DNA of 64,000 nt from an uncultured Pseudomonadota bacterium (lineage in GTDB: Bacteria; Oederibacteriota; Muellerivitia; Muellerivitales; Muellerivitaceae). The stretch lies in contig CAVYRH010000019.1 in NCBI GenBank assembly GCA_963770835.1, forward strand, positions 160,001 through 224,000, written 5' to 3'. Below are positions 51,541 through 60,847 of the stretch, one piece after another; position 1 is the stretch's first letter, and every line of letters begins with the position of its first letter. The notes below the pieces were generated by a model, which was not told the origin of the DNA, ran no database searches, and saw nothing but the letters and a program-made list of their open reading frames with translations. Position numbers and translations under genes: made by a program.

Positions 51541-52439
51541 GGAATGAATTTTGCAATTCCCTTGTAAAAGAGGCTTCCCGGCCCGATTTCGTCTTTCTCA
51601 CCGGGGATTTAGGCTTCAACGCCTTGGAACCCTTGCAGAAAGCGGCGGGCGATCGGTTCATCAACGCGGGGGTAGCGGAACAAAACATGGTTTCGGTGGC
51701 CGCGGGGTTGGCCCGAACGGGTTTGAAACCCTGGGTTTACAGCATCGCCCCCTTCGTTTTCGCCCGCCCCCTGGAACAGGTCCGCAACGACATTTGCCTT
51801 CACGACTTGCCCGTGAAGCTCGTGGGGAACGGCGGGGGATATGCTTATGGTGTGATGGGTGCCAGCCACCACGCCATCGAGGATTACGGTATCCTGCTTT
51901 CCCTCCTGAACATGCGCGTTTTCATCCCGGCTTTCGGTTCGGACATCGCCCCCATGGTGGAAAAGCTCATGGCCTTGGACCATCCGGCCTATTTCCGGCT
52001 GGGCCGGGATGAAAGACCCAAGGATTTGGATGTTCCGACTTATGCTCCCTGGCGTAGAATCCTCAAGGGCAAAGGTCCGGCGCTTTTGATGGCGGGCCCC
52101 CTGGCAGGTGGGATTTTGGGGGGTTTAAAAAACCTCCCCGAGCCTAAACGCCCCAATGCCTGGGTCCTGACCGAACTGCCCTTGGAGGAGCACGCCATCC
52201 CCCCCGATTTTCTGGACGATTTAAGCCAATCCGGTCATCTCATGGTTGTGGAAGAGCATGTCGCCCATGGGGGCCTGGGCGAGGCCCTCAGCCGGTGCCT
52301 CCTGCTCCTGGGAAAAACGCCCCGGCGCTTCTCCCATTATTTCGCCAAGGGTTACCTCTCGGGCTTTTACGGTTCCCAGCAATTCCACCGGGAGGAATGC
52401 GGTTTGACCGCAGATCAAATATTGAAAGACCTGGAATGA
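51537..52439 (+). CDS. Transketolase-like enzyme, C-terminal subunit
   Basis: LTGDLG, NAGVAEQNM, EQVRND, SHHAIED, AYFRLG and VEEHVAHGGLG motifs; ATGA overlap with the upstream gene. Confidence 0.92.
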   Translation: MRNEFCNSLVKEASRPDFVFLTGDLGFNALEPLQKAAGDRFINAGVAEQNMVSVAAGLARTGLKPWVYSIAPFVFARPLEQVRNDICLHDLPVKLVGNGGGYAYGVMGASHHAIEDYGILLSLLNMRVFIPAFGSDIAPMVEKLMALDHPAYFRLGRDERPKDLDVPTYAPWRRILKGKGPALLMAGPLAGGILGGLKNLPEPKRPNAWVLTELPLEEHAIPPDFLDDLSQSGHLMVVEEHVAHGGLGEALSRCLLLLGKTPRRFSHYFAKGYLSGFYGSQQFHREECGLTADQILKDLE

Positions 52440-54397
52440 CGGAAATTTTCGAGGAAAAAATTAAACCCATCCCCGGACCCATCCTGGTTTTGGGGGCCAG
52501 CGGATTTATTGGGGCCAATTTGCTGGGACGGATCCTCCAGTACCGGGAGGATGCTTACGGGACCTTCTTTCACACCCCCGCTTGGCGGCTGGAAGGCCTT
52601 CCCTCCAAGAATCTTTCCCAAGTGGACCTGCTGGTCGATTCCAACCTGGATTTCCTCCTGGACAGCCTCCGTCCCAAAACGGTTTTCAATTGTGTCGCTT
52701 ATGGGGCTTATTCCTTTGAAACCGACAACGACCTGATTTACCAAACAAACTTCATGCTGACCGAAAAGCTGCTCCATCGCTTGGCGGCCAGGGAGATCGC
52801 CTATTATGTGCACGCGGGCAGTTCTTCCGAGTACGGTGAAAACGCCTCCGGGCCCCTCGAGACCGTCCTGCCGTCCCCCAACAGTGATTACGCCGTTTCC
52901 AAAGTAGCGGTCGCCAACCTGCTGTTTTTCTATGGGAAGCAAAAGAAACTTCCTTGTGCCAACCTGAGGCTTTATTCCGTCTACGGCCCTTTGGAAGACT
53001 CCTCCCGGCTGATCCCCAATATCGTTCGCGCGGGGCTGGAGGGAAGATATCCCGAATTGGTGAGCCCCGATATATCCCGGGATTTTGTTTATATCGACGA
53101 TGTTTGCGAGGCCTTCTTGGACACGGCATTGAACCTGAAGCCGGCCCACTACGGCGATTCCTTTAATATCGGGAGCGGGCGCAAAACCACGATCGGCGAC
53201 GTGGTTAAAACCGCCGCGGGGATTTTCGGAATCCAGGGCCAGCCTTCGTTCAATTCCATGCCGAACCGGAAATGGGATGTCAGCGACTGGTTCGCCGATA
53301 CCGGGAAGACAAAAAAAATACTCGGTTGGGAAGCCCGTACCCCCTTCGGCGACGGGCTCCGCTCGACCGCCGAATGGTACAAAACCCTGGAGGACAAGGA
53401 AAAATACCGGAAATCCTCCAAACAATTCGAGCTGGACACCAAGCACAGCGTCTCCGCCGTTATCGCCTGCTACAAGGACGGCCAGGCCATTCCCATCATG
53501 TACGAGCGGCTCAAACAAACCTTCGGCAAGCTCAAAGTCGATTACGAGATCATCTTCGTCAACGATAACAGCCCGGACAACAGTGAGGAAATTATTTTGG
53601 ACCTCTCCCGGAAGGACCGCAGGGTGATCGGCGTCTCTCATTCCAGGAATTTTGGGTCCCAGGCAGCCTTCCGCAGCGGCCTGGAACTGGCCACCAAGAA
53701 CGCCTGCGTTCTCCTGGACGGCGACCTTCAGGACCCGCCCGAAATCATCGAACAATTCGTCGGGAAATGGCGCGAGGGATACGATGTGGTTTACGGGCGG
53801 CGGGTCAAACGGGACGCCCCTTTTTACATGCAGTTGGCCTATAAGCTCTTTTACCGTATTTTCCAGTATTTTTCCTATCTTCCCATCCCCCGGGACGCGG
53901 GCGATTTCTCCCTACTGGACCGCCGGGTGGTCCGCGCCATCCTGAGGTTCCCGGAACGGGATTTCTTCTTAAGGGGAATCCGGGCCTATGTGGGCTATAA
54001 GCAAACCGGGGTGGATTATGTGCGCCCCGAGCGGCTTTTCGGAAAGTCCACGAACAACCTTTTCAAGAACCTGGATTGGGCCAAAAAGGGGATTCTGTCC
54101 TACAGTTACACGCCCTTAACCATCGTCAGTTTTGCCGGTTCCATGTTATTTTTGGCGAGCGTAGTGCTGGCGGTCCTGCAGATCGTCCTGCGGATTCTTT
54201 TCCCTGATTTGGCGCCCAAGGGGGCGACCACGGTCATCCTGGCCGTTCTTTTCTTCGGCTCCATCAACTTGTTCGCCCTCGCCATCCTGGGAGAGTACAT
54301 CGCGAAAATATTCGAGGAAGTCAAACAACGGCCGCCCTTCGTGCGCCGGAACATCATCCGGGACGGCGAAGCCCGGTCGGTCGTCGAGCATTCTTAG
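52436..54397 (+). CDS. Fusion of NAD-dependent epimerase/reductase (extended SDR) and GtrB/ArnC-like GT2
   Basis: GASGFIG, GSSSEYG, YAVSK and RDFVYIDD, then IFVNDNSPD, SRNFGSQ, LDGDLQDPPE, two TMs and GEYIAKIFEEVKQRP in one frame. Confidence 0.9.
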   Translation: MTEIFEEKIKPIPGPILVLGASGFIGANLLGRILQYREDAYGTFFHTPAWRLEGLPSKNLSQVDLLVDSNLDFLLDSLRPKTVFNCVAYGAYSFETDNDLIYQTNFMLTEKLLHRLAAREIAYYVHAGSSSEYGENASGPLETVLPSPNSDYAVSKVAVANLLFFYGKQKKLPCANLRLYSVYGPLEDSSRLIPNIVRAGLEGRYPELVSPDISRDFVYIDDVCEAFLDTALNLKPAHYGDSFNIGSGRKTTIGDVVKTAAGIFGIQGQPSFNSMPNRKWDVSDWFADTGKTKKILGWEARTPFGDGLRSTAEWYKTLEDKEKYRKSSKQFELDTKHSVSAVIACYKDGQAIPIMYERLKQTFGKLKVDYEIIFVNDNSPDNSEEIILDLSRKDRRVIGVSHSRNFGSQAAFRSGLELATKNACVLLDGDLQDPPEIIEQFVGKWREGYDVVYGRRVKRDAPFYMQLAYKLFYRIFQYFSYLPIPRDAGDFSLLDRRVVRAILRFPERDFFLRGIRAYVGYKQTGVDYVRPERLFGKSTNNLFKNLDWAKKGILSYSYTPLTIVSFAGSMLFLASVVLAVLQIVLRILFPDLAPKGATTVILAVLFFGSINLFALAILGEYIAKIFEEVKQRPPFVRRNIIRDGEARSVVEHS

Positions 54398-54451
54398 GGC
54401 TCTGGTTGAGTTTCGGAAGTTTCCGGTGGTTCAGGTTCTGATTCCAAAGAG

Positions 54452-55279
54452 GTGAAGATGCCCAGTTCCATCCACGAGCGTAAAAACCTTCTTCACGTGG
54501 AGAAAGAACACTGGAAGCCGCCCGTTTATTCAAGCGACGGGGGTCCGGTTCAGCGGCTTAAAATTCACCTCTTCCGTTTTCTCGATTTGCAATCGGGGAC
54601 CATATGGAGTGATCTTTCCAAGATATTGCCCGGGGTGAGGGGGGCGGTTTTGGACGTGGGTTGCGGCATCCAACCCTTCCGGCACATGTTTTCACCGGAA
54701 GTCCGTTATACCGGTGTCGATACGGTGGATTCCAAGGCTCATTTCGGGTACGAGGCTCCCGATACGCTTTATTATTCCGGGGACATTTGGCCCGTTTCGA
54801 ACCAATCGGCGGATTTCATCCTTTGCACCGAAACCCTGGAACATATCCCGGAACCTTCCGTCTTTTTAGGGGAGGCTTTACGCGCCCTCAAGCCGGGGGG
54901 CCGGATCCTCTTAACCGTGCCCTTCGCGGCCCGCTGGCATTTCATCCCTTACGATTATTGGCGCTACACTCCCTCGGGGTTGGACCGTCTCCTCCAAAAG
55001 GCGGGTTTTACCCGGACCCAGGTTTTCGCCCGGGGCAACCAAATGACCGTTGCTTGTTACAAAATCATGGCTTTCCTGTTCGCCCTCTTATTGCCGGTTC
55101 ATCCCAGCATTTTCGTAAGGGGAGTTTCCAGGTTCCTGGGTTTCCTTTCCCTTCCCCTGCTTTTCGTCACGGCTCTCGCGGCGAATCTCACGAGGGGGAT
55201 TGATGGATCGGTGGATTGCCTGGGCTACACAGTTTTGTCCGAGCGCCCCGCGGCTCCCGCCCCCGGCGGAAAACCATGA
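54452..55279 (+). CDS. Class I SAM-dependent methyltransferase
   Basis: VLDVGCG, CTETLEHIPEP, LKPGG and HFIPYDYWRYT motifs. Confidence 0.9.
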   Translation: MKMPSSIHERKNLLHVEKEHWKPPVYSSDGGPVQRLKIHLFRFLDLQSGTIWSDLSKILPGVRGAVLDVGCGIQPFRHMFSPEVRYTGVDTVDSKAHFGYEAPDTLYYSGDIWPVSNQSADFILCTETLEHIPEPSVFLGEALRALKPGGRILLTVPFAARWHFIPYDYWRYTPSGLDRLLQKAGFTRTQVFARGNQMTVACYKIMAFLFALLLPVHPSIFVRGVSRFLGFLSLPLLFVTALAANLTRGIDGSVDCLGYTVLSERPAAPAPGGKP

Positions 55280-56193
55280 AAAAAAAGGTCCAAATGGTGC
55301 GCCGGGCCTGTCCTCTTTGTTCCTCCCGGGACGATTCCAAAGTCTTCGCCGAGGAAAATTTCGACCCTCAAAAGCTGGATGCTTTTGCCTTTTCTTCCCG
55401 GAAAATACCTGAACACATGTATTACCGAATGGTCATTTGCCCCGTTTGCGACCTTCTTTATTCCAGTCCCCTGCCCACCCCAGGCTCCATTTCCAGGGGA
55501 TACGAGGAAGCGGCTTTTGACGCTTCCGAGGAGTCCCAGTACGCGGCCCGCACCTACGGCCGATTCTTAAAGGGCATCGTGGAAAATATACCCTCAACCA
55601 TGGGGGCCCTGGATATCGGCACGGGCGACGGGGCATTCCTGGGCGAGCTTTTAAGCAAAGGATTCACCGGGGTCGTGGGGGTAGAGCCTTCGAAGGCCCC
55701 GGTCAGGTCCGCCCAAAAAAACATCCGGCCCCTGATCTGGAACAAGCCGTTCAAGGCCGTCGACTTTAAAAAAAGCAGCTTGAACCTGGTTTCCTGTTTC
55801 CAGACCTTTGAGCATCTTGACGACCCCCTGGAGTTGAGCCGGAGCGCCCACCGCCTGTTGAAAAAAGGGGGAGCTTTCCTCGTTGTTTCCCACAACCGGG
55901 AATCCCTCTCCGCCAGGTTGCTGGGGATGAAATCCCCTATCTATGACATCCAACACCTTCAGCTTTTTTCACCCCGAAGCATTAAATACCTGTTCGAGAA
56001 ATCCGGGTTTGTTCGGGTGGAGGTTAAAGTCATCCTCAATCGCTATCCCCTCCACTATTGGGTGAAGCTGTTACCTTTCCCCAAAAAAATGAAATTGGCC
56101 CTCATTCCTATCTTGAAAAAGACAGGACTGGGTTACATTCCCATCCCCCTGCCCGCCGGTAATATGCTGGTGGTTGGATATAAGGAAGGCTGA
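55276..56193 (+). CDS. Class I SAM-dependent methyltransferase with N-terminal Zn ribbon
   Basis: CPLC..CPVC, LDIGTGDG, GVEPS and FEHLDDP motifs; ATGA overlap with the upstream gene. Confidence 0.9.
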   Translation: MKKKVQMVRRACPLCSSRDDSKVFAEENFDPQKLDAFAFSSRKIPEHMYYRMVICPVCDLLYSSPLPTPGSISRGYEEAAFDASEESQYAARTYGRFLKGIVENIPSTMGALDIGTGDGAFLGELLSKGFTGVVGVEPSKAPVRSAQKNIRPLIWNKPFKAVDFKKSSLNLVSCFQTFEHLDDPLELSRSAHRLLKKGGAFLVVSHNRESLSARLLGMKSPIYDIQHLQLFSPRSIKYLFEKSGFVRVEVKVILNRYPLHYWVKLLPFPKKMKLALIPILKKTGLGYIPIPLPAGNMLVVGYKEG

Positions 56194-56524
56194 TCCCCGC
56201 CTTCCTCCAATGGCTCCGCTTGTCCCAGAGGAGCTGGACCGGCGGGCAATCGGCGCTGGAATTGCCGTCGGAGAGCGATATAATCAAGCGGGCACTGTCT
56301 CCCGGGTCCGGGGGAATTTGCGACTGGATTTTCTTTTATTTCCTTTAGTTTCAAGACATTTCGCCTCATACCCGTTCCGGAGCTTTAGGGCCTGGAGTTG
56401 GGCCTTTCGAAACCCCGCCTGGGGAAAAATAGGCCCCAGGCCGTTTCATGGGTTGGGTTTATCTCCTGTCTTCGTTTTGGGATGCCGGGCTTGGCCGTTT
56501 ATATTTTTCGACCGGAGGTTTCTT

Positions 56525-58744
56525 TTGCTAAAAAACAAGGTTCTTTTCCCCTTTATGTTCCTGACGTTCTTCTTCTCCGGATTTTGCGGCCTGCTTTACC
56601 AAATCGTCTGGGTGCGCCTGGCTTACGCCACCTACGGGGTCAACACCCCCGTCCTTTCCGTCGTCATTTCCATCTTCATGGCGGGCCTGGCCGTCGGATC
56701 CTGGTTGGCGGGAATCACCGTCTCCCGGATCGTCGGAAGGTTCAAACTGTCGGCGATCTTTCTCTACGCCCTGGCCGAATTCCTGATCGGGGTGGGCGCT
56801 TTTGTGGTTCCAAGGCTTTTCACCTTCGGCGGGAACGCCCTCTTGAAGCTGGGCGAAATGAATTCGTTGGGCTACCTGCTGGCTTCCGCGGCCTGCATCG
56901 TGGTTTCTATTCTTCCCTTTTGCGTCTTCATGGGTGCCACCTTCCCCCTCATGATGGCCTTTGTGAAGGAAAACTTCCCCTCCAACACCACCAGTTTCAG
57001 CTTTCTTTACGTGGCCAATGTTTTAGGGGCCCTGGCCGGGACTTTCCTGACCGTCATGTGCCTTATCGAGTTTTTCGGTTTTTCGGGGACACTCGTCATC
57101 GGCGCCGGGATCAATTTTATGGTGGCCTTGCTGGGCGTCCTCTTGGGCTTGGGTTCCCCGGCACTGAAAACCTCCTCCAAAACGGCAAAAAAGAGCAAGG
57201 CAGCAGTGAAAACCCCGGCCTTTTGGACGCCGGCCACCCAATCGGTGGTTTCCCTGCTTTTCCTCACGGGTTTCAGCTCCATGGCCATGGAAGTGGTTTG
57301 GACCAGGGCTTTCATCCCCATCATCAAGAACGAGGTTTATTCCTTCGGCATGATCCTTTTCGTGTATCTTTTGTCGACCTGGCTGGGTTCCCTGGTTTAC
57401 CGTGGTAAATTGGCCTTCGGCGGGAAATACACCAACGAAATTCTCCTGGCTTGGGTGGCCGTTTCTTCGCTTTTTCCCGTTGTATTCAGCGACCCGCGTT
57501 TCAATAAATCAGTCATCGGTATACTCCTTACGATCGTCCCTTTTTGCGCCCTGTTAGGGTTCCTGACCCCAAAACTAGTGGATGATATCTCACGTGGAAA
57601 CCCTGAGAATGCCGGAAAAGCCTATGCGGTCAATGTGATCGGGTGCATTTTTGGACCCCTTTTCGCTTCCTACTGCCTTCTTCCCTGGCTCGGCGTGAGG
57701 CTGTCCTTGGTGCTCTTGGCGCTGCCTTTCCTCGTCTTGGTCCTAAGGCGGCGGAAGGCTCTTTCCCCCCGGGGCCTGGCCGTGCCGGCGGCAGCGGTTG
57801 TCCTGATGCTCGTTTCCACCTTCATCAGCCAAAGCTATGAGACACTGGAAGATGGGATCGTGAGGCGGGATTACACGGCCACCGTGATCAACAACGGCTC
57901 GGGCCAAGATCGCATGCTCTTCGTCAACGGCATCCGCATGACGGCCCTCATAACCACCACCAAGTTCATGGCTCATATCCCCTTAGCCCTGCTGGACCAC
58001 AAGCCGGAAAACGCCCTGACCATTTGCCTGGGCATGGGCGGGACTTTCCGATCCTTGTTGAGTTGGGGCATCCCGGCAACGGCGGTTGAACTGACCCCCA
58101 GCGTGAGGGATTCCTTCGGCTTCTTTTTCAGCGACGCGGATACCCTGTTGAAGGAACCGGGGGCCAAGATCGTCGTCGATGACGGGCGACGGTACCTCAA
58201 GCGCACGAACGAGCTTTATGACGTCATCACCGTGGACCCTCCCCCGCCGCCCCAAGCCGCGGGTTGCAGCCTTCTTTTGTCCAAGGAATTCTTCAGCGCC
58301 GTGAAGACCCACCTAAAGAAGGGCGGGCTCTTCCAGATCTGGTACTACGGAGATCCCTACTTCACCGAAGGGGCCTTTTACCGGTCCATCCTGGAGTCCT
58401 TCCCCTACGTCAAAATCTTCCCCACCAAGCAGGGTGTGGGGGGGTTGTATTTCGTGGCTTCCATGGACCCCATCCAGGTGCCTTCGCCGGAGGATCTGGT
58501 CGCGAAAATTCCGCCGGCCGCCAGGGCGGACATCATGGAGTGGGCCGCGCCCGGACAGTCTTTCGAGGACTACACCGAGCCCTATTTCATGAATTCCTAT
58601 GATGCCCATTTCCCCAACCCGGACAAGCGCATCGTCATCACCGACGACTGCCCCTACAACGAGTATTACTACATGCGTTTTTATTATCCGAACTTGACGA
58701 ATTGGGTGATGGACCACACCAAGTGGAGAACAGCTTCGCAATAA
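56525..58744 (+). CDS. Fused multi-TM (MFS-like) / spermidine-synthase-like protein
   Basis: SGFCGLLYQIVW, MGATFPL, CLGMGGT, VDDGRRYL, YDVITVDPPPP and ITDDCPYNEY motifs. TTG start at 56525 with GGAGG. Confidence 0.88.
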   Translation: MLKNKVLFPFMFLTFFFSGFCGLLYQIVWVRLAYATYGVNTPVLSVVISIFMAGLAVGSWLAGITVSRIVGRFKLSAIFLYALAEFLIGVGAFVVPRLFTFGGNALLKLGEMNSLGYLLASAACIVVSILPFCVFMGATFPLMMAFVKENFPSNTTSFSFLYVANVLGALAGTFLTVMCLIEFFGFSGTLVIGAGINFMVALLGVLLGLGSPALKTSSKTAKKSKAAVKTPAFWTPATQSVVSLLFLTGFSSMAMEVVWTRAFIPIIKNEVYSFGMILFVYLLSTWLGSLVYRGKLAFGGKYTNEILLAWVAVSSLFPVVFSDPRFNKSVIGILLTIVPFCALLGFLTPKLVDDISRGNPENAGKAYAVNVIGCIFGPLFASYCLLPWLGVRLSLVLLALPFLVLVLRRRKALSPRGLAVPAAAVVLMLVSTFISQSYETLEDGIVRRDYTATVINNGSGQDRMLFVNGIRMTALITTTKFMAHIPLALLDHKPENALTICLGMGGTFRSLLSWGIPATAVELTPSVRDSFGFFFSDADTLLKEPGAKIVVDDGRRYLKRTNELYDVITVDPPPPPQAAGCSLLLSKEFFSAVKTHLKKGGLFQIWYYGDPYFTEGAFYRSILESFPYVKIFPTKQGVGGLYFVASMDPIQVPSPEDLVAKIPPAARADIMEWAAPGQSFEDYTEPYFMNSYDAHFPNPDKRIVITDDCPYNEYYYMRFYYPNLTNWVMDHTKWRTASQ

Positions 58745-58821
58745 GGGCGGGGACTCCGGGGAAAGTTACGGAAACTTCGGGGGAAAACAGGTTTAGCGGC
58801 TATCAAAACCGGCGGGGCCCC

Positions 58822-59910
58822 TCAAGCAGCCTTGCCGGAGCTGGCCTTCCAATCCGGATTCTTTTTGGCAGTGGCGTAAAGAAGCAGGCCATTCACTACA
58901 AATACCCTGTTTAGGATAAAGCCGTTTTCCGCCAGTGTATTTTTTAGGCGCGTCTTGGTGAAATGGTGGATATGGCCACAGCGGTATTTATGGTAGACAC
59001 TCCCTTTGACATAGCCCATCCAAAGGCAGTTCAGATTGTAAAGGACGAAAAAGGGGCCCAAGAAGAAATCGTAGGGGACTGTGATGAGGAAGGTGCCATT
59101 GTCCTTGAGGATACGCCTCACTTCCCCCAGGGTTTCGGCGTGGTTGAAGACGTGTTCCAGCACCTCGGACATCAGCACCACATCGAAGCTCTTGGCCTTC
59201 AGCCCCGTCTTGGAGAGGTCCGCCGCCGCCTTGAAATCGGCCAGGCGCTTGTTCTTCTTGGCCCAGGCGAGCATCTTCCGGTTGATATCCACCCCGAAAA
59301 CGGGGAGGTGGTGGATGTTCCAACGGCAGTTGCCGCACCCCAGGTCCGCCATCCTCATGCCCTTCTTGAACGACTCGGACACGAACTTCGTCAGGCGCTC
59401 ATAGCGGGAACGGTGGTACCAGGCCCGGAATTTGCTCACCTTGGTCTCGTCCGACATGTCGTCGTAATATTCCCCCTTCAGTTCGATGTACTCTACCTCG
59501 GCCATCTTGGCCGAGCTGAAGGTGGAGATGCGGTTCAAAAGCGCGTTGGAGGCGGCCAGGATGAAAAGGCAGGTCACCACGGCCAACCGCAGTTCGAGAT
59601 GGAGCTGGGATTGGAAGAACCAGAGCATGACCGCAGCGCCCAGGGACACCCAGAAGCTCATGAAAAGATGCAGACCCCAGGAGGTGCGCATGCGGATCTC
59701 CTGGTTCACGTAAACGACGTTGTAATAGAAGTAATGGAAGACCTGGTTAAGCAGGGTGCCCATGAAAAAGGCAAGATAAGGGTTCCAATCCATCCGGGCA
59801 GCCAGGACCCAGGTTACCCCCAGGTTGACAATGGCTCCCAGCGAACCGCCCAGGAGGAAAATCAGGATGGCCGGATGGCGCCATCTTTGAATGACCGCGT
59901 GCTCGTGCAT
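58822..59910 (-). CDS. GtrA-like 4-TM domain fused to a class I methyltransferase
   Basis: N-terminal GGSLGAIVNLG..GTLLNQVFHY with four hydrophobic helices; C-terminal DLGCG, SEVLEHV and LITVP. Confidence 0.78.
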   Translation of the reverse strand: MHEHAVIQRWRHPAILIFLLGGSLGAIVNLGVTWVLAARMDWNPYLAFFMGTLLNQVFHYFYYNVVYVNQEIRMRTSWGLHLFMSFWVSLGAAVMLWFFQSQLHLELRLAVVTCLFILAASNALLNRISTFSSAKMAEVEYIELKGEYYDDMSDETKVSKFRAWYHRSRYERLTKFVSESFKKGMRMADLGCGNCRWNIHHLPVFGVDINRKMLAWAKKNKRLADFKAAADLSKTGLKAKSFDVVLMSEVLEHVFNHAETLGEVRRILKDNGTFLITVPYDFFLGPFFVLYNLNCLWMGYVKGSVYHKYRCGHIHHFTKTRLKNTLAENGFILNRVFVVNGLLLYATAKKNPDWKASSGKAA

Positions 59911-59913
59911 GGC

Positions 59914-60711
59914 CTAGCCTTTTCGGGCGATGATGAAGTAGCAGGCCCCGGGCCCGCCGTCGGCGTTCAGGGGCTTGCGCAGCCAGTTGGCGGCGAACCA
60001 TTTCACCGGCCCCCGGGGGCCGAAAACCCAGCGGCCGAAGAGTTTTTTCAGGATCTTGGAGGGGAAGGCCAGGATCATCCACCGTTCATAGGTATGGAAG
60101 GTCCTCAAGGGGATGATGTAGTCCGCCGTTTCCAACTTGAGTCCGGCCTTTTTGAGCCGTTTTTCCCAAGTCTTGCGGTCGTCCACGTGGAAATGCTTGA
60201 AGGTCTTGTTGAGCTTGTCCACGTACCACTTGCCCAAGCCCGAAAGGCCAATAGCGGAAAGCACGGTGCGGAAGAAGGAATTGTTGGTGAAGCACTCGCT
60301 GGGCACGGTGATCATCAGCCGGCCCTTGGGCTTGAGGACCCGGTGGATTTCTTTCAAGGCGCCGTCGATGTCGGGGATATGCTCCAGAACGCAGTTGCTG
60401 ATGACCGTCTTGAAGCTCTTGGCGGCAAAGGGCAGTTCGGTGGCGCTGGCGCAAATGGCCTTCTTGTAGCTTTCGCTGGCTACCGCCCTTTTCACCTCAT
60501 CCGGGTCCAGGTCGATGCCCGCTTCCAAGTGGCCGCCAAAAGCCACCCGGGCCAAAAACCCGTCGCCACAGCCGACGTCCAAAACCGGGTGGTCCAGCTT
60601 TTCCTTGGAAAACCTGTGGCATTCCATGGAGCGCCAAAAAGCCATGGCAATGGGCGTCTTTTCCAGGTATTCCCGGAAAAAATCCTCTCGGCTTCTTGAG
60701 CCTGGCTTCAC
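59914..60711 (-). CDS. Class I SAM-dependent methyltransferase
   Basis: PVLDVGCGDG, SNCVLEHIPD and LKPKGRLMITVP motifs. GTG start at 60711 with GGGAGG. Confidence 0.9.
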   Translation of the reverse strand: MKPGSRSREDFFREYLEKTPIAMAFWRSMECHRFSKEKLDHPVLDVGCGDGFLARVAFGGHLEAGIDLDPDEVKRAVASESYKKAICASATELPFAAKSFKTVISNCVLEHIPDIDGALKEIHRVLKPKGRLMITVPSECFTNNSFFRTVLSAIGLSGLGKWYVDKLNKTFKHFHVDDRKTWEKRLKKAGLKLETADYIIPLRTFHTYERWMILAFPSKILKKLFGRWVFGPRGPVKWFAANWLRKPLNADGGPGACYFIIARKG

Positions 60712-60847
60712 GGAAACCTCCCTTTTGGACTTGGTGTTGTCCCGAAAACTTGCATAGTTTACCAGCAAATGTTTCTTTGAGCAGCTTTCAGGTAAAAAAT
60801 CACGCCGGATCCACCCAGCGGCGCCTTCTATCAGAGGAAAAATAGGG

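Noticed and set aside
56174..56524. Long N-terminal extension of the spermidine-synthase-like ORF
   Set aside because: A GGAGG-preceded TTG at 56525 sits directly before the first conserved TM; the upstream part overlaps the previous gene.
58963..60699. 578-aa plus-strand ORF
   Set aside because: Antisense shadow of two motif-bearing methyltransferase genes; no recognisable domain.
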